The position numbers were made by a program, and so were the translations under genes. A stretch of DNA of 61,361 bases, counting the filler. It is 3 parts of 3 records of this genome, joined end to end, with 100 filler letters (N's around TTAATTAATTAA, not from the genome) between each part and the next. Parts side by side here need not be neighbours in the genome. Positions count along the whole stretch, not along the records: positions 33,914 to 61,361 come from SRR20825019_519; 2 more parts are not named here. One strand, written 5' to 3'. Positions within the stretch are counted from its first letter, which is position 1. The number at the start of each line of letters is the position of its first letter. Below the pieces are notes generated by a model. That model saw nothing but the letters and a program-made list of their open reading frames with translations. It had not been told where the DNA came from and made no database searches. Below, one piece after another: positions 43,688 to 54,099 of the stretch.

Positions 43688-44452
43688 ATGAAAAATAGTA
43701 TCCTACTTATTGCCTTTCTTTTAGTTGCGTTAAATTCCTTTGCCCAAGATCAAAATATAATCAAGGGAATCGTTATGAATGACGCGGATGATAAATTACT
43801 AGAGAATGTAAACATTGTTAATCTTAACCAAGTAATAGGAACAACCACTAATGAAAAAGGGGAGTTTGCATTAAGTGCAGCGGTTAATGACACCCTGTTT
43901 TTTTCATATTTAGGGTTTAAATCTTTGCGAGTTCGTGTAACGAATGACTGGCTTCGGTTTGGAGATATAAAGGTGAAAATGACCGAACTAGGCATTGCTT
44001 TGGAAGAAGTGGTCATTAAACCTGTGGAGTTAACAGGTTATGTTGAAATTGACGCAAAATTGATTCCTATTTATGATAATTACCGTTACAGAATTTCAGG
44101 TTTGAGTACAGGTTATGAAGGTGGAAGCAATCAACCTGGAGCTGTAAGTAAGGTGCTAAGTTCTATTTTTAACCCAGCAGATTTTTTATATCATGTTTTT
44201 GGAAAACGACCGAGGCAGATGAAAAAACTTCGTAAAATGAAGGAAGATGACGAAATACGAAACTTACTTCAAAGTAAATACGATCGTGAAACACTAATGG
44301 CGGTGCTTCAACTGGAGCGTGTAGATATTGATGAAATATTAAATAAGTGCAGCTATTCAAAAGATTTTATTCGAACTGCAAACGATTTGCAAATTCTTGA
44401 TGCCATTAGCGGTTGTTATGAAGAATACAAGATTTTGAATAGAGATAAGTAA
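43688..44452 (+). CDS. Secreted protein with carboxypeptidase-like regulatory domain
   Basis: Signal peptide; GTTTNEKGEF...DTLFFSYLGF...LEEVVI. Confidence 0.82.
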   Translation: MKNSILLIAFLLVALNSFAQDQNIIKGIVMNDADDKLLENVNIVNLNQVIGTTTNEKGEFALSAAVNDTLFFSYLGFKSLRVRVTNDWLRFGDIKVKMTELGIALEEVVIKPVELTGYVEIDAKLIPIYDNYRYRISGLSTGYEGGSNQPGAVSKVLSSIFNPADFLYHVFGKRPRQMKKLRKMKEDDEIRNLLQSKYDRETLMAVLQLERVDIDEILNKCSYSKDFIRTANDLQILDAISGCYEEYKILNRDK

Positions 44453-44504
44453 TATTTTTTTCTCCTTTTTTTAACATCAATCAATTTCATTCAACCTATT
44501 TTTA

Positions 44505-45881
44505 ATGAAAATTGATTCTATGGACCAAATCATCACAGCGCAGCGTAATTTTTTTAACTCACACGCTACAAAGGATATTCAATTTAGAAGAAAACAATTA
44601 AAAACGCTCCATACCGCGCTACAGCAAAATGAGCAGTTACTTCACGATGCTATATACAAAGACTTCAAAAAGTCTAGTTTTGACACGTATACCACAGAGC
44701 TTTCGTTACTTTATAAAGATATTAAGGAGGCTCGTAAAATGATTTTTAAATGGGGGCGTAAACAAAAAGTTGCTACAGGTATTCTAAATTTTCCAGCTTC
44801 AAGTTATATTATTCCAGAACCTTTGGGGGTTTGGTTGGTAATAGGAGCTTGGAATTATCCATACCAGCTTTCTTTTGCACCAATAATCGCTGCAATAGCA
44901 GCAGGAAATACTGTTGTTTTAAAGCCTAGCGAATTGCCAAAACATACCGTAACAGCGATGGCGAAAATTGTAAAAGAAAATTTTGATCCTGCATTTTTTA
45001 CCGTTGTAGAAGGTGGCGTGGCAGAAACTCAAGAATTACTAAAACAAAAATTCGATAAAATATTTTTCACAGGAAGCACAAAAGTTGGGAAGATAGTTTA
45101 TAAAGCCGCCGCCGAAAACCTTACACCCGTTACTCTAGAATTAGGTGGAAAAAGCCCAGCAATTGTTACCGAAAATTGCAATTTGAAAGTTACTGTAAAA
45201 CGTTTGGTTTGGGGAAAATTTCTTAATGCAGGTCAAACGTGTATTGCGCCAGATTATGTTTTGGTCCATAAAAACATCGAGCAGCAGTTTCTTGAACAAA
45301 CTAAACAGGAAATAATAAGTCAGCGCTTCGCTTTTGAAAATGATAATTATCTTCAGATAATAAATAATGACAATTTTGAACGACTTATAGCAATGCTTCT
45401 CCCTGAAAAAATATATTTTGGCGGAGAAACAAACTCCAAAACCCGATACATTCAACCCACAATTTTGCAAAATGTAACCATGCATGATGCAGTCATGAAA
45501 GAAGAAATTTTTGGTCCAATTCTTCCTGTTATTGCATATGAAACACTCGACGAGGCAATTGCAAAAGTGGTTCGTTTACCCAAACCTTTATCGTGTTATT
45601 TATTTACAAAAAACAACTCAACAAAAAAGAAGGTGTTAAGAGAAATCTCTTTTGGTGGTGGTGCAATAAATGATTCCGTAATGCATATAACCAATACTAA
45701 TTTACCTTTTGGTGGTGTTGGAGCTAGTGGTATTGGTAATTACCATGGTGAAGCTGGTTTTAAGGCTTTTACGCATTACAAAAGCGTGATGGATAAACCT
45801 ACATGGTTGGATCCTTCCATTCGTTATTATCCACACACTTCGTTTAGATTGAAGTTGATGAAATGGTTTATGAAATTTTAA
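44505..45881 (+). CDS. Aldehyde dehydrogenase (ALDH3-like)
   Basis: LKPSE, FTGS, LELGGKSP, GQTCIAPDY, EEIFGPILP and PFGGVG motifs. Confidence 0.93.
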   Translation: MKIDSMDQIITAQRNFFNSHATKDIQFRRKQLKTLHTALQQNEQLLHDAIYKDFKKSSFDTYTTELSLLYKDIKEARKMIFKWGRKQKVATGILNFPASSYIIPEPLGVWLVIGAWNYPYQLSFAPIIAAIAAGNTVVLKPSELPKHTVTAMAKIVKENFDPAFFTVVEGGVAETQELLKQKFDKIFFTGSTKVGKIVYKAAAENLTPVTLELGGKSPAIVTENCNLKVTVKRLVWGKFLNAGQTCIAPDYVLVHKNIEQQFLEQTKQEIISQRFAFENDNYLQIINNDNFERLIAMLLPEKIYFGGETNSKTRYIQPTILQNVTMHDAVMKEEIFGPILPVIAYETLDEAIAKVVRLPKPLSCYLFTKNNSTKKKVLREISFGGGAINDSVMHITNTNLPFGGVGASGIGNYHGEAGFKAFTHYKSVMDKPTWLDPSIRYYPHTSFRLKLMKWFMKF

Positions 45882-45899
45882 ATAATAATTTTTACACGT

Positions 45900-46589
45900 A
45901 TGAATATTAAAAGCAACTTTTACTTTATAATACTTAGTTTAATGATGTTCGCTTGTTCCTCGAAGAAAGAAAAAATAATTGCGATTGATGTACTTCTTAC
46001 TCCTTCAGAAGAAATGTATGAGCAGGCAATTCAGCTTAATGCAGCAATATTTAATAACAATCCAGAAACAATTAAGCTTGATGAAAATCATATTCCACAC
46101 ATTACACTTCTTCAATGTTTTATTTATGAAAATAATTTACCAAAAGTGAATAGGGCTTTAAAAGGACTTTTTGAAGCTATTAAAAATGATTCATTATCTG
46201 CCGAAACGTTGTCTTATTCAAAAGATACCGAAGAAAGCTTCGCAATGATTTCTATTGAAAAAAGCCAAAAACTTCTGGATTTACACAAAAAAACAATTGA
46301 TTTGGTAAAACCTTTTTTTGTGCTAAATGGCAATGAAGAATCTTTTGTGCAAAACCCAGATGGTAGTCAGATATCAAGCTTTACAGTGGCCTACGTTCCT
46401 GAATTTGTAAGTAAGTATAGTTATACTAATTTTGATCCACATATTAGTTTGGGTGTTGCTCAAAAAGTTTTGTTAGACAGTTTGGCGACCACAGTATTTA
46501 AGCCAATAAAATTTCCTGCCACATCTGTAAGTGTTTATCAATTGGGCGATCACGGAACTGCACAGAAATTATTGTGGCAGAATGAATAG
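45900..46589 (+). CDS. 2H phosphoesterase-like lipoprotein
   Basis: Lipobox MFAC; two HxT/S motifs (PHITL, PHISL). Confidence 0.65.
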   Translation: MNIKSNFYFIILSLMMFACSSKKEKIIAIDVLLTPSEEMYEQAIQLNAAIFNNNPETIKLDENHIPHITLLQCFIYENNLPKVNRALKGLFEAIKNDSLSAETLSYSKDTEESFAMISIEKSQKLLDLHKKTIDLVKPFFVLNGNEESFVQNPDGSQISSFTVAYVPEFVSKYSYTNFDPHISLGVAQKVLLDSLATTVFKPIKFPATSVSVYQLGDHGTAQKLLWQNE

Positions 46590-46657
46590 TATTAGGTTTA
46601 TTAATTCAATTATTATTTTGTTTAATTATATGTATTTTTACATTTCAAATTAAAACC

Positions 46658-47539
46658 ATGAATTACACTTCAAAAATGCTCCGCGATGATGCGCTAAAAG
46701 GAAAAACAATAGTTGTAACTGGCGGAGGAAGCGGCCTCGGTAAAGCAATGACAACCTATTTTTTAGAACTAGGTGCAAATGTGGTAATTACTTCAAGAAA
46801 TATTGAAAAATTACAAACTGTAAAAGAAGAACTTGAAAGTGCAACTGGCGGGAAGGTGCTTCCTGTTCAATGTGATGTTCGAAACTATGAAGAAGTAGAA
46901 GCAATGGTAAATGCTTCTGTAGCTGAATTTGGAAGTGTAGATGTATTGCTTAATAACGCTGCGGGGAATTTTATTTCACCAACTGAAAGGCTTTCTGCAA
47001 ATGCTTTTGACACCATAATAGATATTGTTTTAAAAGGAACAAAAAACTGCACACTTGCCTTTGGAAAACATTGGATAGATAAAAAAGAAACTAATAAAAC
47101 GGTGCTAAATATAGTAACCACATATGCATTTACAGGTTCGGCTTATGTAGTTCCAAGTGCTACAGCGAAAGCTGGTGTATTAGCAATGACGCGTTCTTTG
47201 GCTGTAGAATGGGCTAAGTACGGAATGCGTTTTAATGCCATTGCACCAGGACCATTTCCAACAAAAGGCGCATGGGATAGATTGTTGCCAGGCGAGTTGA
47301 AAGAAAAATTTAATCCAGCCAAAAAGGTTCCTGTTAAACGTGTTGGAGAACATCAAGAATTAGCAAATTTGGCTGCGTATTTAGTTTCTGATTTTTCATC
47401 GTATATTAACGGTGAAGTAGTTGTTATAGACGGTGGCGAATGGCTAAAAGGAGCTGGGCAAATGAATCTTTTAGAGGAAGTTCCCCAACAAATGTGGGAT
47501 ATGCTGGAGGCGATGATTCGTGAAAAAAAATCTAAATAA
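46658..47539 (+). CDS. SDR oxidoreductase, 2,4-dienoyl-CoA reductase-like
   Basis: TGGGSGLG, NNAAGNF, SATAKAGV and IAPGPF motifs. Confidence 0.9.
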   Translation: MNYTSKMLRDDALKGKTIVVTGGGSGLGKAMTTYFLELGANVVITSRNIEKLQTVKEELESATGGKVLPVQCDVRNYEEVEAMVNASVAEFGSVDVLLNNAAGNFISPTERLSANAFDTIIDIVLKGTKNCTLAFGKHWIDKKETNKTVLNIVTTYAFTGSAYVVPSATAKAGVLAMTRSLAVEWAKYGMRFNAIAPGPFPTKGAWDRLLPGELKEKFNPAKKVPVKRVGEHQELANLAAYLVSDFSSYINGEVVVIDGGEWLKGAGQMNLLEEVPQQMWDMLEAMIREKKSK

Positions 47540-47724
47540 CTTCCAAAAATAAAAAAAAGCAATTTTTGAAATTCTTTTAAATAACGAGTGTTAATGTCTT
47601 TGAATTTTGAATTTTAAAAATTGGAATCTCTTTGAAGGGAAACTATTGACTTGTTGTTAACAAAAATCATTTTCTATCCACATAATTAATCGTACTTTTA
47701 ACTGCTAAAATTCCAAGTAAATTA

Positions 47725-48495
47725 ATGGGTAAAATTATTGCAATTGCAAATCAAAAAGGAGGCGTAGGCAAGACCACGACCTCAGTTAATCTGGCTGCAT
47801 CACTTGGTGTGCTGGAAAAGAAGGTTTTACTCATAGATGCAGACCCTCAAGCTAATGCTACATCTGGCCTAGGCATAGATGTAGAAAGTGTAGAGGTTGG
47901 TACCTATCAATTACTTGAGCACAGCGCAACTGCAAAGGATGCTATCGTGTCCACAAATTCTCCAAACCTAGATTTAATTCCATCCCACATAGACCTTGTG
48001 GCTATTGAAATTGAATTGGTAGATATGGAGAACCGGGAGTATATGCTTAAAAAAGCGATTGAAAACCTTAAAAATGACTACGATTACATTCTTATAGACT
48101 GTGCGCCATCACTAGGTTTATTAACCCTTAACGCATTAACAGCAGCAGATTCTGTAATTATCCCGATACAATGTGAATACTTTGCTTTAGAAGGCCTTGG
48201 AAAATTATTGAACACCATTAAAAGTGTTCAGAAAATACATAACGAAAACTTAGATATTGAAGGACTTTTGTTAACAATGTACGACCAACGGTTACGCCTT
48301 TCAAACCAAGTGGTTGATGAAGTAAAAAAGCATTTTGATGAAATGGTTTTTGAAACAATCATTCAGCGCAATGTGCGTTTAAGTGAAGCGCCTAGCTATG
48401 GTGAAAGCATTATCAGTTATGATGCTGCTAGCAAAGGAGCCGATAATTATTTAAGTTTGGCGCATGAATTAATTCAGAAAAACGAAAAGAAATAA
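47725..48495 (+). CDS. parA: Chromosome partition ATPase ParA/Soj
   Basis: NQKGGVGKTT, DADPQAN and QCEYFALEGL motifs. Confidence 0.96.
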   Translation: MGKIIAIANQKGGVGKTTTSVNLAASLGVLEKKVLLIDADPQANATSGLGIDVESVEVGTYQLLEHSATAKDAIVSTNSPNLDLIPSHIDLVAIEIELVDMENREYMLKKAIENLKNDYDYILIDCAPSLGLLTLNALTAADSVIIPIQCEYFALEGLGKLLNTIKSVQKIHNENLDIEGLLLTMYDQRLRLSNQVVDEVKKHFDEMVFETIIQRNVRLSEAPSYGESIISYDAASKGADNYLSLAHELIQKNEKK

Positions 48496-49395
48496 ATGGC
48501 GAAAGCGACCAAAAAACAAGCCTTGGGACGAGGACTTTCAGCACTGTTGAAAGACCCTTCAAATGATATAAAATCTGTTGCAGACAAAAATGCCGACAAA
48601 GTAGTTGGTAGTATTGTGGAGCTGGAATTGGGAAGCATTGAAGTAAACCCTTTTCAACCACGTACCAGTTTTAATGAAGATTCGCTTCGCGAGTTGGCTT
48701 CATCCATAAAAGAACTTGGTGTAATCCAGCCAATAACGGTACGTAAGCTTGATTTTGGAAAATACCAATTGGTAAGTGGAGAACGTCGTTTTCGTGCTTC
48801 AAAATTGGTGGGTCTTGAAACAATACCTGCATACATTCGTATAGCAAATGATCAGGAATCACTTGAAATGGCTTTGGTTGAAAACATCCAAAGACAAGAT
48901 TTAGATCCTATTGAAATTGCACTTTCCTATCAACGATTAATAGAAGAAATAAACGTAACTCAAGAAGAATTAAGCGATAGAGTAGGGAAAAATCGTTCTA
49001 CAATTGCTAATTACCTACGTTTATTAAAACTGGATCCAATTATCCAAACAGGAATGCGTGACGGTTTTATTAGTATGGGCCACGGTCGTGCCTTAATTAA
49101 TATTGACGATTTAAGCGACCAATTGGATATTTATGAAAAGATTTTAAGCCAAAACCTTTCTGTACGTGATACTGAAGCTTTAGTGAGAAGTTTTAAAAAT
49201 CCAGACCAAAAAGCTGCTCCTAAAAAAAGTGAAACACCTCCTTTTGCAAAAAAAGCAACAAAAGAATTAACGGATCTTTTTGAATCTTCCGTAGAAGTAA
49301 AAGTTTCAAAATCTGGAAAAGGACAATTAGTGGTTCCTTTTAAAAATAAAGAAGACTTCGAACGTATTTTGAAGCTAATTAAGAGTGAAAAATAA
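48496..49395 (+). CDS. parB: Chromosome partition protein ParB
   Basis: LGRGLSALL, NPFQPR, GERRFRA and ENIQRQDL motifs. Confidence 0.96.
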   Translation: MAKATKKQALGRGLSALLKDPSNDIKSVADKNADKVVGSIVELELGSIEVNPFQPRTSFNEDSLRELASSIKELGVIQPITVRKLDFGKYQLVSGERRFRASKLVGLETIPAYIRIANDQESLEMALVENIQRQDLDPIEIALSYQRLIEEINVTQEELSDRVGKNRSTIANYLRLLKLDPIIQTGMRDGFISMGHGRALINIDDLSDQLDIYEKILSQNLSVRDTEALVRSFKNPDQKAAPKKSETPPFAKKATKELTDLFESSVEVKVSKSGKGQLVVPFKNKEDFERILKLIKSEK

Positions 49396-49966
49396 TTTCA
49401 TATATATCTTTCTATTAATTTTTGCCACACCTCTGTTTGCGCAAACAACCGATTCGCTTACAGTAAAAAAAGACGTAAAAGTTATTGTGGTGAACGATTC
49501 CTTAAAACCAAAAGTGGAATACAATCCGTTGGCGCCCGCACGTGCTGCATTTTATTCTGCAGTGGTTCCTGGTTTGGGGCAAGCATACAATAAAAAATAC
49601 TGGAAAATCCCTATAATTTATGCAGGAATGGCTGCTGGTGTTTATTTTTATAAACAACAAGATGATGAATATGACCGTTTTAGAAATGCTTACAAAAGAA
49701 GACTTGCTGGCTATACTGATGATGAATTTCAAGGAATTTCTGATGATCGGTTGATAAATGCTCAGAAGTCTGCTCAGAGAAATAAAGATGTAAGTATAAT
49801 TGTTACAATAGCTTTTTATCTTTTGAATGTTGTTGATGCCAATGTAGACGCACATTTACAGCAGTATGAAGTTAGTGACGACCTTTCACTTCAACCAAAT
49901 TTCGATTATAATCAATTCAATGCGAAACCACAATACGGTATGTCGCTAACGTATCGTTTCAAATAA
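49385..49966 (+). CDS. DUF5683 family protein
   Basis: SAVVPGLGQAYNKKYWKIPIIY and VDANVDAHL; sits between parB and dapB. Confidence 0.85.
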   Translation: MKNNFIYIFLLIFATPLFAQTTDSLTVKKDVKVIVVNDSLKPKVEYNPLAPARAAFYSAVVPGLGQAYNKKYWKIPIIYAGMAAGVYFYKQQDDEYDRFRNAYKRRLAGYTDDEFQGISDDRLINAQKSAQRNKDVSIIVTIAFYLLNVVDANVDAHLQQYEVSDDLSLQPNFDYNQFNAKPQYGMSLTYRFK

Positions 49967-49973
49967 TTTTAAA

Positions 49974-50678
49974 ATGAAAATAGCCTTACTTGGTTACGGA
50001 AAAATGGGTAAAACCATTGAAATGCTGGCGCTAGAAAGTGGTCATGCTGTAGTATATAAAAGTACAAGTAATGGAGCCGAAGGAAATCTAACTGATGCCG
50101 ATGTAGCAATAGAATTTTCTTCTCCTGAAGTGGCAGTTGAAAATATTTCAAAAGCATTAAATGCTGGAATCCCCATAGTTTGCGGGACAACTGGCTGGTT
50201 GGAAAATTTTGATGAAATGCTAAACTTATGTGAAAAGCGTAACGGAAGTTTTATCTATGCGTCCAATTTCAGTGTTGGAGTAAATTTGTTTTTTAGCATA
50301 AATGAATACGCTGCAAAGTTGATGAAGCCTTGGAAAGAGTTTGATGTTTCGGTTGAAGAAATACATCATCTTGAAAAGAAAGATGCGCCAAGTGGTACTG
50401 CAATTACCATTGCAGAAGGCATTTTAAAACACAATGATAAAAAAGACTGGAAACTAAACACTTCCGAAGAAAATAGTTTAAACATCATCGCAAAAAGAGA
50501 AGAAGATGTAAAAGGAACGCATACAGTTTCATACAATTCTGTGATAGATACTATTTCCTTTACACACGAAGCACATTCGCGCGAAGGTTTTGCAAAAGGC
50601 GCGATTTTGGCCGCAGACTGGTTACAGAACAAAAAAGGTGTGTTTACAATGAAAGATGTTTTAGGAATCGAAGATTAA
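49974..50678 (+). CDS. dapB: 4-hydroxy-tetrahydrodipicolinate reductase
   Basis: GYGKMG, GTTGW, NFSVGVN and EIHHLEKKDAPSGTA motifs. Confidence 0.95.
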   Translation: MKIALLGYGKMGKTIEMLALESGHAVVYKSTSNGAEGNLTDADVAIEFSSPEVAVENISKALNAGIPIVCGTTGWLENFDEMLNLCEKRNGSFIYASNFSVGVNLFFSINEYAAKLMKPWKEFDVSVEEIHHLEKKDAPSGTAITIAEGILKHNDKKDWKLNTSEENSLNIIAKREEDVKGTHTVSYNSVIDTISFTHEAHSREGFAKGAILAADWLQNKKGVFTMKDVLGIED

Positions 50679-50742
50679 AAAATAAGAATTGAAGGTTTCC
50701 CTTCAATAAAAAAATATAAAATAACGATAGAAAATTAAGGAC

Positions 50743-52308
50743 ATGAGTTGGACAGGTTGGTTAATATTTTTTTTGATAGTTCAGGTAATCCATTTTGCAG
50801 GAACATGGAAGTTATACCAAATTGCTGGTAGAAAAACTTGGGAAGCTGCGGTGCCAGTTTATAATTCCATTGTTTTAATGAAGATAATTAACCGCCCAGG
50901 ATGGTGGACTATCTTACTCTTCATACCAATTGTAAACCTTATTATGTTTCCCGTTATTTGGGTGGAAACCCTACGGAGTTTTGGTCGAAACTCAACGACA
51001 GATACCATCCTCGGAATTGTAACACTTGGACTTTATATCTATTACATTAACTACACCCAAAACGTTACACATATAAAAGATAGAAGCCTAAAACCACGTA
51101 CTTCAACAGGGGAGTGGGTAAGCTCTATTCTTTTTGCTGTTGTTGCAGCAACCATTGTGCATACCTACGTTATGCAGCCATTTACGATTCCAACTTCTTC
51201 ATTGGAAAAAACCTTATTGGTGGGCGATTTTCTTTTTGTAAGCAAATTTCATTACGGTGCACGAACACCAATGACGCCGGTTGCTTTCCCGATGGTGCAT
51301 GATACAATTCCTGTGGTAAAAGCAAAGTCATATCTTTCTAAACCTCAAATTCCATATTTTAGAATACCTGGTTTTCAAGATATAAAGCAAAATGATATTG
51401 TAGTTTTTAACTGGCCAGTGGATACGGTGAACGCTTTTCAGCAATATGGAGATGGAAAATATTACTACAAACCAATCGATAAAAAATCTAACTACGTAAA
51501 ACGTTGCGTAGCCTTGCCAGGTGATTCTTTGGAAGTGCGTGATGGTTATGTTTTTATAAATGGAAAAAAGAACGAATTGCCAGAAAGAGCTAGAGTTCAA
51601 TTTTCGTATGATGTGAAAGTGAATGGAGCTTTAAATCCTGATATGCTTTATAACCGTTATGATATTACTGATAGATATGGTTATGATTCAAAGTCGAGTT
51701 CTTATAGATTTTCAGCGATTTCAGATGAATCATTAAATATGCTTAAAAACAACCCAAATGTGGTTGAAATTACGCGTATTCACAGCGGAAAAGGTGAGTG
51801 GGATCGAGGGATTTTTCCAAACAATCAAAATTACCCTTGGAATAACGATTTTTTTGGTCCTTTATACATTCCTAAGAAAGGTGCAACGGTTTCTATTACT
51901 CCAGAAACATTACCGCTATACAAGCGTGTTATTGAAGTTTATGAAGGTAGCGAGCTTGGAATTACAAATGAAATTACTCAATCTGGTACCGAAGTTTTAT
52001 TAAATGGGGAGGTTATAACAGATTATACTTTCAAGATGGATTATTACTGGATGATGGGTGATAACAGAAATAACAGTGAAGATGCCCGAACATGGGGGTT
52101 TGTGCCGTTTAATCATGTTGTTGGAAAACCTGTATTTGTCTGGATGAGTTGGGATGGAATTAACAAAAAAGTACGTTGGGAACGTCTTTTCACAACTGTT
52201 GGCGGAAGTGGAAAACCAGTTTCATACCTACTATATTTTATTATTGCAGTAGTAGGTTGGTTTGCATTCGATTTCTTTAGAAAAAAGAAAAAAGCAGCTA
52301 AAAAATAA
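50743..52308 (+). CDS. lepB: Signal peptidase I with N-terminal DUF5684-like membrane domain
   Basis: IPTSSLEKTL, YVKRC and MGDNRNNSEDAR motifs. Confidence 0.93.
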   Translation: MSWTGWLIFFLIVQVIHFAGTWKLYQIAGRKTWEAAVPVYNSIVLMKIINRPGWWTILLFIPIVNLIMFPVIWVETLRSFGRNSTTDTILGIVTLGLYIYYINYTQNVTHIKDRSLKPRTSTGEWVSSILFAVVAATIVHTYVMQPFTIPTSSLEKTLLVGDFLFVSKFHYGARTPMTPVAFPMVHDTIPVVKAKSYLSKPQIPYFRIPGFQDIKQNDIVVFNWPVDTVNAFQQYGDGKYYYKPIDKKSNYVKRCVALPGDSLEVRDGYVFINGKKNELPERARVQFSYDVKVNGALNPDMLYNRYDITDRYGYDSKSSSYRFSAISDESLNMLKNNPNVVEITRIHSGKGEWDRGIFPNNQNYPWNNDFFGPLYIPKKGATVSITPETLPLYKRVIEVYEGSELGITNEITQSGTEVLLNGEVITDYTFKMDYYWMMGDNRNNSEDARTWGFVPFNHVVGKPVFVWMSWDGINKKVRWERLFTTVGGSGKPVSYLLYFIIAVVGWFAFDFFRKKKKAAKK

Positions 52309-52316
52309 TAGCTTAC

Positions 52317-52363
52317 CCACGAATACATGAATGTTTGTTACCTACTATTTCATGTATTCGTGG
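52317..52363. repeat. Perfect 15-bp inverted repeat between convergent genes (REP-like/terminator)
   Basis: CCACGAATACATGAA ... TTCATGTATTCGTGG. Confidence 0.75.
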
Positions 52364-52369
52364 CTATTT

Positions 52370-53488
52370 TTACTCAGGAATTATTCTAAAAATTCCTTGT
52401 CCTTCTACGGCAATATAAATCAAACCATCTAGTCCCATTTTTACGTTTCGAACACGCCCAATATCCTGTGCTATTTTTTGACGCCCAATAACTTTGTTGC
52501 CTTCTAGACTAAGCAATTCTACATACCCAAACTTTAAAGAACCTACCAATAATTTTCCTTTCCATTCAGGATATTTATTGCCTATAACGAATGCCATTCC
52601 ACAAGGAGCTATAGATGGAGTCCAATAATAAATAGGAGGTTCTATCCCTTTTTTTGTAGCTTCATCAGTGATTTTTGTGCCGCTATAATTAACACCATAG
52701 GTTACAATTGGCCAGCCGTAATTAGCACCTTTTTTTACAATATTTATTTCATCACCTCCTTTTGGTCCATGCTCATGCATCCAAATTTCTCCAGTATCGG
52801 GATGTTTAGCCATTCCTTGTGGGTTTCTATTTCCGTAGGTAAAAATTGCTTTTTTTGCGTTTACTTCGTTGTAAAATGGATTGTCTGAAGGGATGCTTCC
52901 ATCGTCATTCAATCTGTAAATTTTTCCGCCGTCACGTTTTGTATTTTGAGGATTTAGGTCGCGTTCACCTCTTTCACCAATGGAAAAATATAAAAATCCA
53001 TCATTGTCAAATTCAATGCGTGAGCCAAAATGTTGCCCAGCGTCGGTATTTGGTTGTGCTTTGTATAGCGTTTCAATATTTGTAAGCGAATTGTTTTCTA
53101 GTTTACAGCGAATAAGTGCGGTATGCCCTCCATTTTCAGCTCCTTCTTCAGAAGCATAGGTAATATAAATCCACCGATTTTTAGCGTAATTTGGATGCAG
53201 TTCAATATCCAATAAGCCACCTTGTCCACTATTAAAAACGTTTGGCACATTTGCAATCTCTTTTTTTTCTCCTGCATTAAAATGTATTAATCTTCCATCT
53301 TTTTCTGTAATCAAAATACTTCCATCTGGAAGCCAAACCATTCCCCAAGGGTTGATCAAGTCTTTTACAACAGCTTCAATTTTATACGATTGTGGTTCTG
53401 CTTTTAGCGCAATGTCTTCTTTCTTTTTTGGTTGCGCACAAGACATGCAAAAAACCAATGTGCTGATTATAAAAATGTGTTTATTCAT
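52370..53488 (-). CDS. PQQ-dependent sugar dehydrogenase (GSDH beta-propeller) lipoprotein
   Basis: PWGM, GQGGLLD, HFGSRI, YGNRNPQG and EHGPKGGDEIN motifs; lipobox. Confidence 0.92.
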   Translation of the reverse strand: MNKHIFIISTLVFCMSCAQPKKKEDIALKAEPQSYKIEAVVKDLINPWGMVWLPDGSILITEKDGRLIHFNAGEKKEIANVPNVFNSGQGGLLDIELHPNYAKNRWIYITYASEEGAENGGHTALIRCKLENNSLTNIETLYKAQPNTDAGQHFGSRIEFDNDGFLYFSIGERGERDLNPQNTKRDGGKIYRLNDDGSIPSDNPFYNEVNAKKAIFTYGNRNPQGMAKHPDTGEIWMHEHGPKGGDEINIVKKGANYGWPIVTYGVNYSGTKITDEATKKGIEPPIYYWTPSIAPCGMAFVIGNKYPEWKGKLLVGSLKFGYVELLSLEGNKVIGRQKIAQDIGRVRNVKMGLDGLIYIAVEGQGIFRIIPE

Positions 53489-53604
53489 ACTATTTCTTTT
53501 ATTCCTAAAGATACCAAACTTGAATTAAACTTTCTAAAATCAACCTTAATTCCTTTTTGCCGAAACCTTAAACAAACCTTATCTTTAACCAAAATTTTTA
53601 ATTT

Positions 53605-54099
53605 ATGGAAGACAGTTATCACCTTTTGGTGAACGAAGGTTATGAGTTTCAATTCAAACCAGAAGATGCCAATATTATTGACCAAACCAATCTTTCTGAA
53701 GCAAAAATACACTTGCTTCACAATCAAAAGTCTTTTTCTGTGGAGGTTTTGGAGAATGATTTCCCAAATAGAAGTTATGCAATAAAAGTAAATGGCAACA
53801 TTTATAAAGTTGCAATTGAAACTGCACTCGATCAACTAATTAAGAAGATGGGGCTTTCATTGGGCAATGCATCCGTTGAAGATGAAATCCATGCACCAAT
53901 GCCAGGTATTATTTTAGAAGTAAATGCTTCTGAAGGAAAAGAAGTTAAAAAAGGCGATTTTCTTTGTGTTTTGGAAGCCATGAAAATGGAAAATACACTT
54001 ACTGCACCTCGTGATGGAATTGTAAAATCTATTACTATCGCTAAAGGCGAAACGGTGGAAAAAGGAAAGTTGCTAATTGAATTAGAGAAAAATGATTAA
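53605..54099 (+). CDS. Biotin carboxyl carrier protein
   Basis: APMPG and EAMKMEN motifs. Confidence 0.92.
   Translation: MEDSYHLLVNEGYEFQFKPEDANIIDQTNLSEAKIHLLHNQKSFSVEVLENDFPNRSYAIKVNGNIYKVAIETALDQLIKKMGLSLGNASVEDEIHAPMPGIILEVNASEGKEVKKGDFLCVLEAMKMENTLTAPRDGIVKSITIAKGETVEKGKLLIELEKND

Noticed and set aside
47725-49395. parAB as evidence of a plasmid
   Set aside because: It sits in the chromosomal parA-parB-DUF5683-dapB-lepB arrangement typical of Bacteroidota.
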